Of a stretch of DNA of 64,000 bases, positions 62,520-64,000 are shown one piece after another (the first letter of the stretch is position 1; each line of letters begins with the position of its first letter). Position numbers and translations under genes: made by a program. This DNA is from the human T2T-CHM13v2.0 reference genome, Homo sapiens. Under the pieces are notes generated by a model, which saw only the letters and a program-made list of their open reading frames with translations, had not been told where the DNA came from and made no database searches. Location of the stretch: NCBI RefSeq assembly GCF_009914755.1, contig NC_060932.1; one strand, written 5' to 3'.

Positions 62520-62730
62520 TAAGAAGCTATGCCACGATAGAAAAGAACACAGAATTTGAAATTAGAAAATAAAAGTTCCAGGGTTAGCTCTTCATTTAAT
62601 TAGCTCTAAGATTTTGGAAAACTCATTTAACTTCTGTAATCTAATGTTTTTTCATCTGTAAAATGAAGATAATACCAGTGATGTAGTGAAAGTCAAATGA
62701 GATAATATATGTGAACGTGCTTTTTAAATT
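62520..62730 (+). mobile_element. MIR SINE
   Basis: Core actcatttaacttctg...ttttcatctgtaaaatgaagataata...aaatgagataatatatgtgaa. Confidence 0.75.
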
Positions 62731-64000
62731 TGAACACGGCATGAATTTTTTTGTGTTAAAGCAAAAATGAACAGGGATAATTCAGCTGATGTTTAAAGTA
62801 CAAATTTCAGATTGCTGGCCTCTACACTCCAGTCGCATTCAGGAAATTGCCGCAGAGGTAAACTAGTGCACAAAGACATCATCAAAGTAAATTCTGTGCA
62901 CTTAATTTCTTTTGCCTATTAATGTAGTAATTAAATAACTGTTCATTGGATGTACACTGTGTACCAGCTGCTATACCATGCACTAAAGCTATAAGTAAGA
63001 ATGCACCATCATTTTTAATTTAAAAAGATAAACCTAAGGCACAGTGCATGGCAAAAGGAGGAGCAACAAAGATTAAGGAAACTCTTGGCAGAAAAGATTT
63101 TGGAGATATAAAAAAATTTTGGAAATGAAATCAGGTTTTACACTTAGCACGGACATATTGTTTAGCCTCAATGAGTCCAATTCCTTACTTGTGTTGAAAA
63201 TTAAGGTCAATAATACCTACCTCCAATATGGTTGTAAAGAGTCATTTAGTTATTAGATGTAGAAAACCAGATATACTAGTCACTTAAGAAATTTTTGTTT
63301 TCTTCTTTACCTTTTTTTTCTAAAATCTCTTTATTGGACACAAAACTAAGGAAGCTCATTTATTGCTGGCAAATAAATACTAAATCTCTTTGTATAATGA
63401 ACAAATACAGGAAAACTGATGCACAGAAGAAAATACGCTAGACCAGAAGCTGCTTCTTTTAATCAGTCTTCATTATTATCTTCTGTCTTTACTGCAGAAA
63501 GCACAATTCCGTAAGTTGTCCACATGCAATTTGTGAATCTTGCGAATATCTTTTTAGATCCTGTTATCCACATCATTCACTGAAAATATTTATATAAAGA
63601 AGGGAAAGAACAGGATGGCAACAGTAAACACCTTTCCAAGCATACATAGTTACCTTTGGCAAAAAGGATCAGCAAATCATAACCTTAGGGCATGTGTCAC
63701 ATTTCTGGGAAACAGAAACTGACATTGTTTCCCTGCAGATGGTCCTGTCCTCTAAACAATTTTGAAACTCCTTAATCTCTCAAATTCATCTGAATGCTTG
63801 TAGGCAGTACTCAAGGAGAGCTGTTCAATGTCATGTAAAAATATAATCCAGACTTTCTGAAGACAGAGCTTGCAGCTAATTTGAAAGCAATGCAGGATAG
63901 AGTTTAAGATTATGGACTTTGCAGTCAAGTAGCCCTGGCTTCAGGTTGTCTTACAGCTGAAGGGTGAGGGGAGTATATTATTTTCCCATTACTGCTGTAA

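Overview
This window is primate (human-like) nuclear genomic DNA: AT-rich, CpG-depleted and dominated by interspersed repeats. I see no host protein-coding exon, rRNA/tRNA gene, CRISPR array or any prokaryotic system. Nearly all ORF-track entries are Alu-, L1-, LTR- or microsatellite-derived, or look like chance ORFs. Main content: about 25 Alu elements or fragments (three of them composites); one full-length but inactivated L1PA4-6-type LINE-1 (53170-59283, minus) with ORF1, ORF2 and ORF0 remnants; a twin-primed 5'-inverted L1; two LTR9-like solo LTRs; MER4-group, MLT1 and MER21-like LTRs; a MaLR internal+LTR remnant; Tigger3b and MER82 DNA transposons; old L1M, L2 and MIR fragments; and microsatellites. 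Repeat subfamily names come from recalled consensus motifs, not from a search. Two observations are not explained by routine repeat annotation. (1) A ~44-nt hairpin-forming, A-tailed, TSD-flanked copy of the putative start of a MER4-type LTR transcript sits inside Tigger3b (19849-19915); it looks like a retroposed TAR-like short RNA. (2) There are five short (41-220 bp) direct, non-tandem local duplications, one with a snap-back/iterative-synthesis junction typical of templated break repair.
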